From assembly GCA_964390555.1 (NCBI GenBank), contig CAYMJU010000086.1, positions 7,661-71,660 on the forward strand: a stretch of DNA of 64,000 nucleotides, read 5' to 3'. Positions within the stretch are counted from its first letter, which is position 1, and each line of letters starts with the position of its first letter. This DNA comes from an uncultured Acidimicrobiales bacterium. Its GTDB lineage: Bacteria > Actinomycetota > Acidimicrobiia > Acidimicrobiales > SHLQ01. Shown here in pieces: positions 27,809 through 35,194 of this stretch. The notes beneath the pieces were generated by a model. That model worked only from the letters and a program-made list of their open reading frames with translations, did not search any database and was not told the origin of the DNA. Position numbers and translations under genes: made by a program.

Positions 27809-28662
27809 GTGCGTTGGACGTCGAAGACCTCACGCCAGGGTTCGGCACCGAGGTGAACGGGTTTCATCCCGGCGCGCCGCTCGACCCCGACACCACCCGA
27901 GCCTTGCGGGATCTGTTCGACCGCCGGGGCATGCTCGTGTTCCGAGACGTCGACCTCTCCCACGCTCAGCAGGTACAGCTGTGTGAGACGCTGATCGACA
28001 AGGTCGGCGTGGGCGGTGGCGATGGTTCGCCGGTCGAGGATCGCTGGTACATCTCCAACCGGCGGGACAATTCGGCCGCTCCCTTCGGACGGCTACAGTT
28101 CCATTCCGACACGATGTGGGCGACCCAACCCTTCGAGGTGCTGTCGCTGTACGGAGTCGAGGTGGACGAGCCGGCCGTACCGACCACCTTCGTCAGCGCC
28201 GAGCTGGCGTGGGAGACGCTGCCCGACCAGCTCCGGTCCCGGGTCGCTGAGCTGAGCGTGCTCCAGACGGCCGGCGAGGTCCGGCGGGGAGATCTCACCG
28301 ACGTGCTCGTGACCAACGTCGAACGACCGCCCTCCACGACGACGCGCATCGGGCACCCGCACCCGCGCACCGGGGCCACGCTCCTGTACATCTGCGAACA
28401 GATGACCAAGGAGGTGGTCGGCTTGCCGCCCGACGAGAGCGAGGCGCTGCTGGGGGAGTTGTTCGCTCACCTCTACGACCCGGCTGTCCGTTGGGATCAC
28501 CAGTGGCACAACGGTGACCTCGTCGTCTGGGACAACTTGGCGATCCAGCACGCCAGGTCCAACGTGACGCCGGACGGGCCGACCCGGACGCTGCGCAAGG
28601 TGGCGAGCCCGGTTCCGCAGCTGAGCCCCGAGCAGCGCCCGCGCTACCGCGCCGCATCGTGA
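27805..28662 (+). CDS. TauD/TfdA-family Fe(II)/2-oxoglutarate dioxygenase 2
   Basis: Paralog of 26474-27328. EDLTPGFGTEVNGFHP, FHSDTMW (HxD), DLVVWDNLAIQHAR. Confidence 0.8.
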   Translation: MSALDVEDLTPGFGTEVNGFHPGAPLDPDTTRALRDLFDRRGMLVFRDVDLSHAQQVQLCETLIDKVGVGGGDGSPVEDRWYISNRRDNSAAPFGRLQFHSDTMWATQPFEVLSLYGVEVDEPAVPTTFVSAELAWETLPDQLRSRVAELSVLQTAGEVRRGDLTDVLVTNVERPPSTTTRIGHPHPRTGATLLYICEQMTKEVVGLPPDESEALLGELFAHLYDPAVRWDHQWHNGDLVVWDNLAIQHARSNVTPDGPTRTLRKVASPVPQLSPEQRPRYRAAS

Positions 28663-29441
28663 ACCCGTTCTCGCTCGAGGGCAAGGTCGCACTCGTGACC
28701 GGTGCGGGGCGGGGTATCGGTGCGGCCATCGCTCAGGTGTTCGCTGATTCGGGGGCGGCGGTCGTCGTCACGGCGCGGACCTTGGCCGATGTGGAGGAGG
28801 TCGCCTCGAGGATCACAGACGCAGGTGGTCGGGCCATAGCCGTCGCCGCCGACGTCACCGATGCGTCGCAGCTCCCGAACCTGGTCGCGGAGTGCGCGAC
28901 CGCGTTCGGCGGGCTCGACATCGTCGTGAACAACGCCGGCGCTGGAGGGTCGCCGTCGTTCGTCGACACCCGGATCGAGCACCTTCGGCATGCTTTCGAC
29001 CTCATGGTGGCCGCCCCATTCGAGCTCACCCGCCTGGCGCTCCCGCATCTGCTGGTGCGCCCGGGGGCGTCGGTCATCAACATGTGCTCGGTGGGCGCCC
29101 ACCGCTCCACTCGCGGCAACCTCGCCCACCACACCGCCAAGGCCGCGCTCGCGCACCTGACCCGCCTGATGGCCGCGGACCTCGGGCCTCGCGTCCGGGT
29201 CAATGCGCTGGTCCCCGGTGCAGTGGAGACGCCCGGGCTGCGAGCGGTCTTCGACGCCCGCCCGGGTTTGCGCGATGTCCTTCAAGACCACATCCGGCTG
29301 CGGCGGATGGGCACCCCCGACGACGTCGCGCTGGCCGCCGTGTACCTCGCGTCGCCTGCTGCATCGTGGATCACCGGCACCTTGCTGGACATCGACGGCG
29401 GCACGGTCGACGAGATCATGCCCTCCACGCCGGATCTCTGA
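28659..29441 (+). CDS. Short-chain dehydrogenase/reductase (FabG-like) with HxxxK in place of YxxxK
   Basis: GTG 28659 overlaps the upstream TGA. Motifs KVALVTGAGRGIGAAI and NNAGAG. The active-site segment reads LAHHTAKAAL. Confidence 0.8.
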   Translation: MNPFSLEGKVALVTGAGRGIGAAIAQVFADSGAAVVVTARTLADVEEVASRITDAGGRAIAVAADVTDASQLPNLVAECATAFGGLDIVVNNAGAGGSPSFVDTRIEHLRHAFDLMVAAPFELTRLALPHLLVRPGASVINMCSVGAHRSTRGNLAHHTAKAALAHLTRLMAADLGPRVRVNALVPGAVETPGLRAVFDARPGLRDVLQDHIRLRRMGTPDDVALAAVYLASPAASWITGTLLDIDGGTVDEIMPSTPDL

Positions 29442-29463
29442 GCCCGCGCCGGCGCTCAGTGCC

Positions 29464-29495
29464 CTGCATCCCACCCCAGGTGGGGTAGGATGCAG
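29464..29495. terminator. Stem-loop downstream of the SDR gene
   Basis: CTGCATCCCACCCC-AGGT-GGGGTAGGATGCAG forms 13 of 14 bp. It lies 23 nt after the stop and has no T-tract. Its 3' arm contains TAGGA, the only SD-like sequence for the repeat mini-ORF. Confidence 0.35.
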
Positions 29496-29497
29496 CC

Positions 29498-29594
29498 TAT
29501 GAGCGAAGCGCAGCGAGCGAGTGCAGCCGAGGGAGCGCAGCTCCCCGGTTGCCGATGGGGTCTGGGGGCGCGTAGCCCCCAGCGACGACGATGA
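29498..29594 (+). repeat. Double-hairpin interspersed repeat, copy B (with a 31-codon mini-ORF)
   Basis: TATGAGCGAAGCGCAGCGAGCGAGTGCAGCCGAGGGAGCGCAGCTCCCCGGTTGCCGATGGGGTCTGGGGGCGCGTAGCCCCCAGCGACGACGATGA. ATG 29499 is in frame with TGA 29592-29594. Confidence 0.8.
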
Positions 29595-29902
29595 AGGACG
29601 TCCACGAGAAGGCTGTGCTCAACCGGCTGAAGACCGCGCGGGGCCACTTGGATGCGGTGATCCGCATGGTCGAGGCCGACGCGTACTGCCCCGACCTGAT
29701 GAAGCAGCTCGCGGCGGTACAGGGCTCGTTGGAACGGGCCAGCCGGATCGTCTTGCGCAATCACCTCGAGACGTGTGTCGCCGCTGCGATGGCGGCGGGT
29801 CGCACCGACGAGATCGTCGAGGAGCTGATGGACGCCCTGCGCTATGACCGCACCGTCACCGCGCCCGGTCCCGAGTTGCACCTGACCGAGCAGGGGGGGT
29901 GA
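29591..29902 (+). CDS. csoR: CsoR-family copper-sensing repressor
   Basis: The Cys-His-Cys fingerprint has CsoR spacing: YCPDL..(25 aa)..NHLETC. The product is 103 aa, sits directly upstream of a Cu-ATPase, and overlaps it. Confidence 0.9.
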   Translation: MKDVHEKAVLNRLKTARGHLDAVIRMVEADAYCPDLMKQLAAVQGSLERASRIVLRNHLETCVAAAMAAGRTDEIVEELMDALRYDRTVTAPGPELHLTEQGG

Positions 29903-32088
29903 TGACCGCGACGATGCCTGCGGCGCCTGCCGGGGCGGAGTTCTCGGTGTCGGGGATGACGTGTGGGTCGTGCGCGGCCCGGGTGGAGAACGAGCTCGCC
30001 CGCCAGCCGGGGGTGACCCATGCCTCGGTGAATCTGGCGTCGGCGAAGGCCGTCGTCGTATTCCAACCCGGCGAGATCACGCCGGAGGAGCTGGTCGCTG
30101 CGGTCGGCCGGATCGGCTACGGGCTGGGGCCGGTCGAGGCATCGGCCGCGGACGACGGGGTGGACAGCGAGCAGGTCGCGCGGCGGTTGTGGCTGCGCCG
30201 GGTGCTGGTGGCGGGGCCGCTCGGGCTCGCGGTGCTGGCGCTGTCGCTCGGCTACATGCACGATCCGTGGGCCCGGTGGAGCGCCCTCGCGCTTGCGATT
30301 CCGGTGCAGTTCTGGGCGGGGTGGCCGTTCTTGCACCAGGCGGCGGTCCGGGCCCGGGCCCGCCAGGCGAACATGGACACCCTGATCTCGATGGGCACTT
30401 TGGCGGCGTTCGTGTTCTCCGCCTACCAGGTCGTGTTCGGTCCCGAGCACTCCGATCACTACTTCGACACCGCCGCGCTGATCGTGGCGTTCCTGGTGCT
30501 GGGTCGTTACTTCGAGGCGCGTGCCAAGGGCAAAGCGTCGAGCGCGATCCGCAGGCTGCTCGAGTTGGGTGCCAAGGAGGCCCGCCTGGTAGTCGACGGC
30601 GCCGAACGCATGGTCGCGATCGACACGGTGCGCGTGGGCGACGAGGTGCGGGTGCGGCCGGGGGAGAAGATACCCGTCGACGGGGTCGTGGTCGACGGGG
30701 CGTCGGCGGTGGACGAATCGATGTTGACCGGTGAATCGGTCCCGGTCGACAAGGGCCCCGGGGATCGGGTGGCCGGCGCGACGATCAACGCCCAAGGTGT
30801 GCTGACGATGCGGGCCACGGCGGTGGGCGCCGACACCGCCTTGGCGCAGATCGTTCGTCTGGTCGACGAGGCGCAGGGCACCAAGGCGCCGGTTCAGCGC
30901 CTCGCCGATCGGATCTCGGGCGTCTTCGTGCCGGCCGTACTGGTCGTCGCGGCCGTCACCTTCGCCGGGTGGGCGCTGGCCGATGACCTCACGAGCGGCC
31001 TGGTGGCCGCGGTCGCGGTGCTGATCATCGCGTGCCCGTGCGCTCTCGGATTGGCGACGCCGACCGCGATCATGGTCGGCACCGGTCGGGGTGCGGCGCT
31101 GGGTGTGCTGATCAAGGGCGGCGAGGTGCTGGAGCGCTCGAAGCGGGTCGACACGGTCGTGTTCGACAAGACCGGCACCCTCACCAAGGGTCAGATGGCG
31201 CTGACCGACGTCGTGCCCGCCGACGGTGTCGATCCCGGCGAGTTGTTGGCTCGGGCGGCGGCGGTCGAAGCCGGGTCCGAGCACCCCGTCGGTCGGGCGC
31301 TCGTCGATGGCGCCCACCACCGCGGTGTCGATGTCGCGCCGGTCACCGAGTTCGCGGCGGTGACCGGGCACGGTGTGCGCGCCCGCCTCGACGGAATTCT
31401 GGTTCACGTCGGTCGGCGTAAGTTGATGACCGACTCGGGCCTGATGAGTTGTACCGAGGTCGACGCCGCCGCGATGCGTCTGGAGGCCGAGGGTAAGACG
31501 GCGATCATGGCCGGCTGGGACGGCCGGGTCCGTGGCGTGTTAGCAGTCGCCGACACGCTCAAGGACGACGCCGCTGGGGCCGTCGCCCGCTTGCGGGAGA
31601 TGGGGATCGACGTGGTGATGATCACCGGCGACAACCGCCGCACCGCCGAGTCGATCGCCGCTCAGGTCGGCATCGATCGGGTCCTGGCCGAGGTGCTGCC
31701 CGAGGACAAGGTGGGCGAGGTCCGCCGTCTCCAAGCCCAAGGCTTGGTCGTGGCCATGGTGGGAGACGGCGTCAACGACGCCCCGGCTCTGGTTCAGGCC
31801 GACCTCGGCATCGCCATCGGCACCGGTACCGACGTCGCCATCGAGTCCTCCGACATCACGCTCCTGTCGGCCAACCTCGACGGCGTCGCCACCGCGATCC
31901 GCCTGTCTCGCCGGACCTTTCGCACCATCGTCCAGAACCTCGGCTGGGCGTTCGCGTACAACGTCGTGCTCATCCCGGTCGCCGCGCTCGGCTTGCTCGA
32001 CCCGATCCTGGCCGGCGCGGCCATGGCGTTCTCGAGCGTGTCGGTCGTGACCAACAGCCTGCGCCTCCATCGGTTCAGGCCCGGATGA
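29899..32088 (+). CDS. copA: Copper-translocating P1B-type ATPase
   Basis: N-terminal HMA motif [16 protein letters not shown], transmembrane CPC ([13 protein letters not shown]), DKTGTLT and GDGVNDAP. The start is GTG 29899 or ATG 29902. Confidence 0.95.
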   Translation: MMTATMPAAPAGAEFSVSGMTCGSCAARVENELARQPGVTHASVNLASAKAVVVFQPGEITPEELVAAVGRIGYGLGPVEASAADDGVDSEQVARRLWLRRVLVAGPLGLAVLALSLGYMHDPWARWSALALAIPVQFWAGWPFLHQAAVRARARQANMDTLISMGTLAAFVFSAYQVVFGPEHSDHYFDTAALIVAFLVLGRYFEARAKGKASSAIRRLLELGAKEARLVVDGAERMVAIDTVRVGDEVRVRPGEKIPVDGVVVDGASAVDESMLTGESVPVDKGPGDRVAGATINAQGVLTMRATAVGADTALAQIVRLVDEAQGTKAPVQRLADRISGVFVPAVLVVAAVTFAGWALADDLTSGLVAAVAVLIIACPCALGLATPTAIMVGTGRGAALGVLIKGGEVLERSKRVDTVVFDKTGTLTKGQMALTDVVPADGVDPGELLARAAAVEAGSEHPVGRALVDGAHHRGVDVAPVTEFAAVTGHGVRARLDGILVHVGRRKLMTDSGLMSCTEVDAAAMRLEAEGKTAIMAGWDGRVRGVLAVADTLKDDAAGAVARLREMGIDVVMITGDNRRTAESIAAQVGIDRVLAEVLPEDKVGEVRRLQAQGLVVAMVGDGVNDAPALVQADLGIAIGTGTDVAIESSDITLLSANLDGVATAIRLSRRTFRTIVQNLGWAFAYNVVLIPVAALGLLDPILAGAAMAFSSVSVVTNSLRLHRFRPG

Positions 32089-32363
32089 GCTGCCGAACCG
32101 CTCGATCTCAGCGGTGGCGGAACTTCTGCACCGTTCCCCGCCGACAAACCGAGCAAGGCCGGGTTCGTGTACGGGCCGGCGAACGCCGCGCTGAACCGGC
32201 TGACGGTCGGCGCGTCGAAGAACTCGTGGACGGGACAGCCCGACGATCTCCAACGCTTTATCGCCGCCTGGAGGCGAACCTGGCTGCGCAGGGATGGCCC
32301 GATGCCTTTACCATCGGGCGCGTCCACAGCCCGCGCCCGTGACACAGATCCGAAAGGAGGGGG

Positions 32364-32457
32364 CATGAGAAGCGAAGCGACCGAATGCAGCCGAGGGAGC
32401 GCAGCTCCCCGGACGCCGATGGGGTCTGGGGGCTCGCGGCCCCGGCGACAACGATGA
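32364..32457 (+). repeat. Double-hairpin interspersed repeat, copy C (mini-ORF with a canonical SD)
   Basis: AAAGGAGGGGGC-ATG(32365)...CGATGA(32457). The body GCAGCCGAGGGAGCGCAGCTCCCCGGACGCCGATGGGGTCTGGGGGCTCGCGGCCCCGGCGACAACGATG aligns with copies A, B and D. Confidence 0.8.
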
Positions 32458-33515
32458 TCGATCGGGAGTCGCTGGCCGCGGCACTGAGGCCCGCGTCAGA
32501 GCCACGGATCATCGACGGGGTATACACCGAGGACCAGTTCGAGTCGTTGCTCGGCGTGGTGAAGGAGCACGGGCCCTGGCCGACCATCACCGCCCACCAC
32601 TTCCAGTCAGTCGAGGAGCTCATCGCCACCACGTCGGGTGTGGTTCCCAAAGGTCACGGACTGACCCTCGATGCCATGGCGACGGCCAACTTCCGAGGGT
32701 TCTACGCCGCGAACTCGTGTTGCTACTACCCAGAGATCCACGACTGCTTCTTCAACGCCGGGTTCATCGAACGGGTCAAGGACTACTGGGGGGCGAAGTA
32801 CGCCAAGCCGACGCTGATGCTGTTCAACATCTGTGGCCCGCACAACAGCGGCCTCAGTCCGCACCTCGACGCGGTGACCTTTCGCGGCGTGAGGATCGAG
32901 AACACCCCGGTGTGGATGCAGAACGTGATGGGGAAGTCGGGGTTGTTCCGCGACTACATCGTGAAGATGGCCCAGGTCATCACCTGGTTCTGGTTGGGCG
33001 AGGAGGGCACGTTCACCTACTGGCCCGACGGGCCGCTCGGTGCGCCGCGCCGTATCGAGCACCCGATGTGGAACAAGGGGGTCGTCGTTCAGAACGAGCT
33101 GATGTTCCACCGTGGCGATCCGGTCGGTCGCCCCGACGAGCGGGCCGTACCCGGGCTCGCGAATCGCTCGAGGATCGGGTACCGCGCCTCCACCGACGAT
33201 TGGGCGGTCTCGACCGATGGCGAGGTGATGCGGACCTACGAGCCCGGCAACGTCCGCTTCTTGGTGCACTGGAATGCCGAGGTGTACGCCGACCTGGACG
33301 AGGCGAAGCTGGTGATGGACCACACCGACGATCTGACCCATGATCGGGTCGTGGCCACGTTGCTCGCCGACATGCGGGCCAAGGGCGTCAAGGTCGCGGA
33401 GCCGAGCGACCCGTTCCACGACGACGACTTCATCCACGCGCTGATCTCGACGTACACGATCGCCCCGACCCAGGACTGGGTCCAGCGCACCGACGGCGTG
33501 CGTCGTTCGTCCTGA
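32454..33515 (+). CDS. Hypothetical protein (possible non-heme-iron oxygenase fold, speculative)
   Basis: Strongly GC-rich third positions over 353 codons. ATG 32454 overlaps the mini-ORF stop. I recognise no family. It contains SPHLDAV (HxD) and a later MFHRGD. The alternative start ATG 32385 lies inside the repeat. Confidence 0.65.
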   Translation: MIDRESLAAALRPASEPRIIDGVYTEDQFESLLGVVKEHGPWPTITAHHFQSVEELIATTSGVVPKGHGLTLDAMATANFRGFYAANSCCYYPEIHDCFFNAGFIERVKDYWGAKYAKPTLMLFNICGPHNSGLSPHLDAVTFRGVRIENTPVWMQNVMGKSGLFRDYIVKMAQVITWFWLGEEGTFTYWPDGPLGAPRRIEHPMWNKGVVVQNELMFHRGDPVGRPDERAVPGLANRSRIGYRASTDDWAVSTDGEVMRTYEPGNVRFLVHWNAEVYADLDEAKLVMDHTDDLTHDRVVATLLADMRAKGVKVAEPSDPFHDDDFIHALISTYTIAPTQDWVQRTDGVRRSS

Positions 33516-33534
33516 GCTGCCACAGGAGCAAGCC

Positions 33535-34017
33535 ATGACCGGCCACGACCGTCTCGCCGCCCACGAGTTCGTCCACCACTGGTGGCATCACTACGACGAG
33601 GGGAACCTTGATGTGCTCGCCCCGCTCCTGACCGACGACTGCCGTCTCCGGTCGCGCACCGACACCGGCCGGCACCCGCACGAGGAATTCATCGCCTCGG
33701 ACAATCACGGCCCCGACACGGCCATGGCGTGGACGAGGGAGCACCGCCGGCACAGCCCCTACCCGCTACGACACCAGGCGTCGAACATCTTCGTCGCGGC
33801 GACGCGTGGCGACGAGATCGACCTCGAGTCCTATTTGTTCGTCACCCAGGTCGTGGAGAGCAAGCCGAGCACATTGTCGAGCGGGATCGTGCACCTGACG
33901 CTGCGCCTCACCCCCGACGGCTACCGGCTGAAATACCAAGATGTCGTCCTTGATTCCATCGAGTCCACGGCGTTCCAGGACGTCCCGGAGGTCTCGAACC
34001 GCATGACTCGCTGGTGA
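33535..34017 (+). CDS. NTF2-like (SnoaL-like) domain protein
   Basis: AGGAG lies 7 nt upstream. The 160-aa product carries AAHEFVHHWWHHYDEGNLDVLAPLLTDDCRL, the pattern of SnoaL / ring-hydroxylating beta-subunit-like folds. Confidence 0.65.
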   Translation: MTGHDRLAAHEFVHHWWHHYDEGNLDVLAPLLTDDCRLRSRTDTGRHPHEEFIASDNHGPDTAMAWTREHRRHSPYPLRHQASNIFVAATRGDEIDLESYLFVTQVVESKPSTLSSGIVHLTLRLTPDGYRLKYQDVVLDSIESTAFQDVPEVSNRMTRW

Positions 34018-34129
34018 CGATGGCGAGCGTCGATCATGAGCATGTCTGGGTACCGACTCGACGATTACCGGCGCCACGCGGTGCCATGGGGTTCGCCGAT
34101 CCAAGCGACGATCGGTAGATTCTCCCGGG

Positions 34130-35194
34130 ATGAACCGCGAAGATCCGCACGTAGAGGTACCGGTACGATTCGCGCTGGTCGGATACGGGTTCGGGGGGCG
34201 CTGGTTCCACGCTCCGCTGCTCGCCAGCTCTCGGGCGTGTGATCTCGTCGGCGTCGTAACGACGTCGTCTCAACGCACGGCGTTGGTCGCCGCTGACCAT
34301 CCCGGGGTGCGAACCTTCGATTCCCTCACGCAGGTGGTCGATGCTGGGGTCGAGGCCGTCGCGATATCGACGCCCGCCGACACTCACAGCGCGTTGACCG
34401 ACGAGGCGCTCGAGCTCGGACTCCACGTCGTCTGCGACAAGCCGTTCGCACTCGACGCGCCGGCGGCCGCAAGGTCGGTCGACCTCGCCAGCCAATCGGG
34501 ACGGCTGTTGTCGGCGTACCAGAACCGACGCTGGGATTCGGATTTCCAGACCGTGCGGCGTCTCGTCGAGGCCCATCGGCTCGGCCGGGTCACCCGGTTC
34601 GAGTCGAGGTTCGAACGGTTCGCGCCGCAGCCCGGCCCACCGCCGTCGGGTGGGGGAGCACTTCTCGATTTCGGCAGCCACCTCGTCGACCAGGCACTCG
34701 TGCTCCTCGGCCCGGCCCGCAGCGTCTACGCCGAGCTACGCATCCGCGAGACCGGACTCGACGATGATGTGTTCGTTGCCATCACCCATGACGGAGGAGC
34801 ACGTTCGCACCTGTTCGGGAGCTGGAGCCAGGGCGCACCGGGCCAACGATTCCGGGTCACCGGGACCGACGGCTCCTATGTCGTAGAAGGCCCGATGGAC
34901 GGTCAGGAAGCGGCGCTCGTGGCCGGGCAGAACCCGGCCCTGCTCGGCGACCAGTGGGGCGTGGAGCCCGAAGCTCGGTGGGGCTCGATCCGGCGGGGTC
35001 ATGAGGCCGAGGTGGTCGCAACGGCACCGGGCGCCTGGCCCATCTTCTATGAGATGTTCGCCGCGGCGGTGCGCGGTGTCGGGCCGGTTCCGGTGCCAGC
35101 GGCAGATGCCGTCGAGACGGCCAGAGTGCTCGACGCGGCTCGGCGGAGCGCTCTGACCGGCGAAGTGGTTGCGCTCCGCGGCGAGCGCCACTGA
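34130..35194 (+). CDS. Gfo/Idh/MocA family NAD(P)-dependent oxidoreductase
   Basis: The N-terminal Rossmann region is VRFALVGYGFGGRWFHAPLL. EKPFA-like motif: VVCDKPFALD. Confidence 0.85.
   Translation: MNREDPHVEVPVRFALVGYGFGGRWFHAPLLASSRACDLVGVVTTSSQRTALVAADHPGVRTFDSLTQVVDAGVEAVAISTPADTHSALTDEALELGLHVVCDKPFALDAPAAARSVDLASQSGRLLSAYQNRRWDSDFQTVRRLVEAHRLGRVTRFESRFERFAPQPGPPPSGGGALLDFGSHLVDQALVLLGPARSVYAELRIRETGLDDDVFVAITHDGGARSHLFGSWSQGAPGQRFRVTGTDGSYVVEGPMDGQEAALVAGQNPALLGDQWGVEPEARWGSIRRGHEAEVVATAPGAWPIFYEMFAAAVRGVGPVPVPAADAVETARVLDAARRSALTGEVVALRGERH

Noticed and set aside
20041-28662. A PhnY/PhnZ-type phosphonate cleavage pair (TauD-family hydroxylase plus HD-domain oxygenase).
   Set aside because: The TauD genes (26474 and 27805) are about 6 kb away, on the opposite strand, and in a different operon from the HD gene. 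No phosphonate transporter or aminotransferase is present.
32089-32363. 275-bp gap after copA with coding-like third-position bias. The bias is on the minus strand around 32100-32230 (VHEFFDAPTVSRFSAAFAGPYTNPALLGL) and on the plus strand at 32230-32340 (LYRRLEANLAAQGWPDAFTIGRVHSPRP*).
   Set aside because: No frame gives a complete ORF with a start and a stop that avoids a ~290-bp overlap with copA. I recognise no family. It is most likely a decayed gene remnant, so it was not annotated.
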